This document shows positions 60,996-64,000 of a stretch of DNA of 64,000 nucleotides, piece after piece. The stretch is taken from positions 41,719,257 through 41,783,256 of the forward strand of contig NC_068993.1 of NCBI RefSeq assembly GCF_001194135.2. Reading direction: 5' to 3'. The position numbers were made by a program, and so were the translations under genes. Source of the stretch: Octopus bimaculoides. Its lineage: Eukaryota. Positions within the stretch are counted from its first letter, which is position 1. Each line of letters starts with the position of its first letter. Below the pieces are notes generated by a model. The model did no database searches, was not told where the DNA came from, and was given only the letters and a program-made list of their open reading frames with translations.

Positions 60996-63900
60996 AAATA
61001 AAATCGCAGAGGATTTCTCTTGAGAATTAATAGTTTAAAACTTAACAAAAACAGGAGGGAAGAAAGAAGGCGAGACAGAACAGTGTTAGATGAAGAGATA
61101 GACAAAGAACTAGAAGTCGAATAAACGGAGAGCCGGTGAAGTCATAAAATTGCTGATTTAAGACCTTGGTTTCGAAATGGCGTTTTTCCAGTCATTTGGC
61201 CCTTTAAATTTGTATTCTAAGAAATCATTCTTTTTCAGAGAAACTTTAGCCGCAAGCTGTTTGCGGTGGAAAAGTAATTGACAATAAAATTTAAATAGAA
61301 AAACATACATTTTCATTCAGTCGAATTGTGAGAATTTAGATTGTAAGTTTGTAACAGCAATAATGCTGTCAGGTTAACTTAGTAAAAAGTTTTAGAAATT
61401 GAAGAGCTGGATTAACTATATGCAAGTAGCAGTTATTGATTAAAATCAATGTACTGACTGGTTGGCAGGTTGACAACAAAACTATCAAACTGACTGACTG
61501 GTGTTTGCCTCCTGGATAATTCAGATAACTTATAGAATAGTATGGATTAGCGAGGATTGCTTTTTTTTGTTTGTCTTCTTTTTTAGTATTTGTATTTCAG
61601 ATTAAGATGCATGGTTACTAACGGTTTTGGTAAACTTCAACTTTATTAACTGTACTATTACCGCACCCAAATAGTCGTTGTAGCTCCGTCTTTTCACTGC
61701 AAGATCTCGTTCAACCAAATAGTCAAGGTACGGTTGGCGAGAGGGAAAAATAAAAGGCTATGAAATATTTGAGAGGCCATGATTGTGTGAGAATAAATTG
61801 TTTTGTATTGTTTGTTTCTGCTAAAGTTATATAGCTGAAAATGCACTTCATATTATTAAAGTTGTTGTCGTGGGAAGGCAAAATTGTAAATTGGTAAGGC
61901 AAGAACTGAGTATTGAAATGAACGTATTTCACTGTAGGTTGAGAATGATTTATGAGCTAGTGGCTTCACCTGGAGTGTGCGCCAAAGTTATCTGTAATAT
62001 ATACATGACGGCCTGACTGTGTTTTGCAAGATGCAGATTCAAGAATATTGCTGCATGTGGGTGGATGATTCACCATTCGATTGTTGGCAATGTTTTGAAA
62101 AATGATTGCGGCTTGAGAGTTGTTGGCTTATATTTATCAATACTTACGACATTATTGTTGCCATTTTGTTTTGGAAACATCTTGTCGAGACAAGGCTATA
62201 TAGTTTTCTCTGTGTAGCTCCTGTAGAATTTGTGCAGTCAGTTGCAACACACGAACACACCTCTGAATATTATTTTAGGATCGCGTTTGGACCATTAGAT
62301 GATTCTGTAGAAAGCAATGTCAAAAGTCTAAGGCTGATATACAAAGGAGATATACGTAGCTTGTTCAGGAAGTGAAGCGTTGCTCTGTTAACGAGTTTAG
62401 CTAACAACAAAATATGTAAGTTTTAACATTGAAACGTTAAGTATGGGTACAGTTTTGGGGGATTCATAGTGACATAGAAGAATTTTAAATTTCTTTCGGA
62501 AAATCTACAAACGTGTCTATTTCTTGCAAATAGATTGCTGTCAGGATATTTTGTGTGGAAAAATGAGAAGCTAAGTTAATGACTAAATTCGTTATGTTGT
62601 CCTCGATCTACTTTTGTGATTAGAGTCATAGGCAAATATATGTTGCGGCTAGGTCTAGGGAAATGTGATGACAACAATTTCCGTGATGATGTCAGACAAA
62701 TGAATTTATTCCGGTCATAGTGTACAACGATCCACGCAAATCAACAGATACGAAAACCTTCGTGACTGAGACAAAAGGCCTTATAGATCGAGGTGGGCAT
62801 AAGTGAATAGTCATAGGTATTTAAGGTACTTAACAGGACTTTTGTCTATGCCACAAAACTTTTGACTGCTAGTACACTGAATAGTTTGGCGCTCACATTT
62901 GTACATCTGTAGTTCATGCTTGAAAACAAAAAGCGGTCAGAAACAAATTTTAACTTCTGCAAACACCAGTATAAAATGAGATGTGTCGATAAATTATTTC
63001 AGAAACTTAGCGGCCGATGAAGACTGATGACTCTATCGCATAAAATATTGACTTCTGTATTACATTCCAGGAATGCTTGAATACCCAAAGCTATTTATTG
63101 TGCTAGGTAATAAATAGCCAATCACAAACGTTATTCTCTTGCTCTACTGCTATCTCTGTCAACTATTATTACTTAGACGGCGACGAGAATGCTGGGCTTT
63201 TCGTGAAATAAAGCGTTTCGGATATCGGCATTGAACTGAGAGATGAATTTCAGGTGACGATTTTAGATGAAGAATACATGTAATAGCTAGAAGATAGCAT
63301 GTAAGCAAAGATTTGTGATTCTATATATTACAAAATATTTTCCTTTTCGGCATGTAACAAAAATATCATAATGCAGTGTATGTTACTGAGAATTGTTTAG
63401 TGAAAGGTTTTTATCATATCTCAGGGAGATACCTTCTTGTCAGGAAAAGGGAAATCGCTGCAAAAGGGAGTTAATTGCTTGGTGAGTGTGACACACATGG
63501 CTATAATTATTGCGTCATTACAAAAGGATGATTGACTGCAAGATCGATATGATTGGCGATGTGATTGTGGTATCCAATGTCAGTGGTATCATCATCAGTC
63601 AAAAGCTGTGACAGGTAGAAATAGTGAATCAAATTCTAATTCTCTGAGTAATTGTACTTCTGTTGAGAGAGATATTACAACAGGGAAAGTAATATTTGCA
63701 AATGATTTTCGTATTTGGAGAAGCGAGTATTTGTTTCAGGTCAATAACATTACAGGGAAGAGTTAGTATTCTTTGGCAGTCTGTCTGATGTATGTATGTA
63801 TGTATGCATGCATGTATGTATGTATGTATGTACGTACGTATGCATGTATGTATGTATGTATGTATGTACGTAAGTAAAAGAAAAGTGATCCTAAAGATGT

Positions 63901-64000
63901 ATTTGTCAGGTTGATATATAAGCATTCATTTCGAAATCTGTTAGATGTTGGTTCTTATTGTTAACTTTCAAAGGATCGGCAAATAAAAATGGCAGATCAA

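Noticed and set aside
61750-63000. Possible P-element/THAP transposase fossil on the minus strand (MNYRCTNVSAKLFS at about 62877-62917; NG..IHP at about 62060)
   Set aside because: Only loose motif echoes that need frameshifts, and no TIRs; a BLASTx or HMM hit would be needed.

Overview
AT-rich, repeat-dense eukaryotic DNA with 12 N-gaps, nearly all flanked by (TA)n/(CA)n/(CT)n microsatellites, as in a short-read animal assembly. The SINE families look like those of octopus; this is an inference from recalled families and was not searched. No confidently identifiable host gene, tRNA/rRNA gene or CRISPR array is present. Recognisable content: (1) about 25 tRNA-derived SINE copies in four families, labelled A-D here, including a head-to-tail array of four family-A copies; (2) Tc1/mariner relics: a near full-length mariner, a D34D 3' fragment, two D37D (maT-type) elements and two MITEs; (3) a hAT-like MITE; (4) LINE relics (Tx1/L1 RT, I/Jockey-like pieces, a CR1-like 3' end with a 16-bp TSD); (5) Penelope-like elements (PLEs), one with RT plus GIY-YIG and one heavily deleted. 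The most notable signals are a type I hammerhead ribozyme fold with a canonical core in the 3' end of the deleted PLE (26177-26260) and three further variant or decayed hammerhead-like motifs. Also notable are an 87-bp near-perfect inverted repeat enclosing an old SINE, a 265-bp repeat duplicated 32.7 kb apart, a 3' tail shared between a LINE end and SINE family B, and low-confidence orphan exon candidates on both strands. Most listed ORFs are microsatellite or gap artefacts.
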